Part shown: piece by piece, positions 63,733 through 64,000 of the stretch | Layout of the letters: each line of letters starts with the position of its first letter | How positions within the stretch are numbered: position 1 is the first letter of the stretch | Source: Candidatus Desulfobacula maris | Lineage (GTDB): Bacteria > Desulfobacterota > Desulfobacteria > Desulfobacterales > Desulfobacteraceae | Direction: 5' to 3' | Length of the DNA stretch: 64,000 bases | Assembly (NCBI GenBank): GCA_014383445.1 | Contig: JACNHV010000358.1 | Location: 24,914 to 88,913, forward strand | Notes under the pieces: generated by a model | Databases searched by the model: none | What the model was told of the DNA's origin: nothing | The model's input: only the letters and a program-made list of their open reading frames with translations | Program-made: the position numbers and the translations under genes

Positions 63733-64000
63733 ATGAGCGAGAACACCAGTTATAAGCTTGTAAATATTCAAAAAAGGGAAATGAAACTTCGGGTCCAGCG
63801 GCATGAAATTCTTGTCAGCGAATCTGAACGGGCCCTTGATATGATCCTTGAAGCCCCGGCACCGGCAACTCTTGTGCAATCTTTTCCAGACCAGGATCTT
63901 TATTATCTCATGCACAAGATAGGCCCCTATGATTTCATTCCAGTCCTGGCCATGGCCAACTCAGAACAGTGGGAATACATTCTGGATGTGGAAACCTGGG
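63733..64000 (+). CDS. Conserved hypothetical protein, N-terminal part (runs off the window)
   Basis: My own translation from ATG 63733 (MSENTSYKLVNIQKREMKLRV...), preceded by AGGGGAAAAC and open to the window end. Confidence 0.5.
   Translation, partial: MSENTSYKLVNIQKREMKLRVQRHEILVSESERALDMILEAPAPATLVQSFPDQDLYYLMHKIGPYDFIPVLAMANSEQWEYILDVETW

Overview
The window has two parts. (1) Positions 1 to ~32767 are the right-hand >=32.7 kb of an integrated tailed prophage. It carries a tightly coupled minus-strand late operon: small and large terminase, portal, acidic scaffold, an N4-gp56/DUF4043-type major capsid protein, and several large tail or receptor-binding proteins. It also carries a lambdoid-style early region: CI-, Cro- and CII-like regulators, a Rad50-like ATPase, RecT, an MBL nuclease, a replication organiser containing an HNH domain, and RusA. 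A tyrosine integrase abuts a 3' fragment of tRNA-Ser(GCU), read here as attR, which is followed by that tRNA gene's own terminator. (2) Positions ~32.8 to 64 kb are ordinary chromosome of a sulfate-reducing Desulfobacterota-type organism. Genes there include iorAB, an FrhB-like protein, dsrMKJOP, rplU-rpmA-obg-nadD-rsfS-gpmI, a methylmalonyl-CoA/pyruvate transcarboxylase-type cluster, korDABC, rdgB and a nitroreductase. No rRNA genes, CRISPR arrays or transposases were seen. The most unusual content is a visibly AT-rich ~6.4 kb cargo island (16861-23256) between the phage regulatory genes and the late operon. It encodes a 1270-aa protein that fuses a complete sigma54-activator AAA+ module (GAFTGA present, no recognisable DNA-binding HTH) to a second STAND-like P-loop NTPase and about nine 31-aa PPR/TPR-like repeats. 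The last three repeats are almost identical at the DNA level. The divergent control region holds three 10-bp direct repeats, a near-consensus -24/-12 motif, a 29-codon ORF with a strong RBS, a GC-rich hairpin, a G9 tract and eight perfect 15-bp tandem repeats that each carry GATC. A GNAT acetyltransferase gene follows. All functional calls rest on motif reading and gene order, because no database search was possible.
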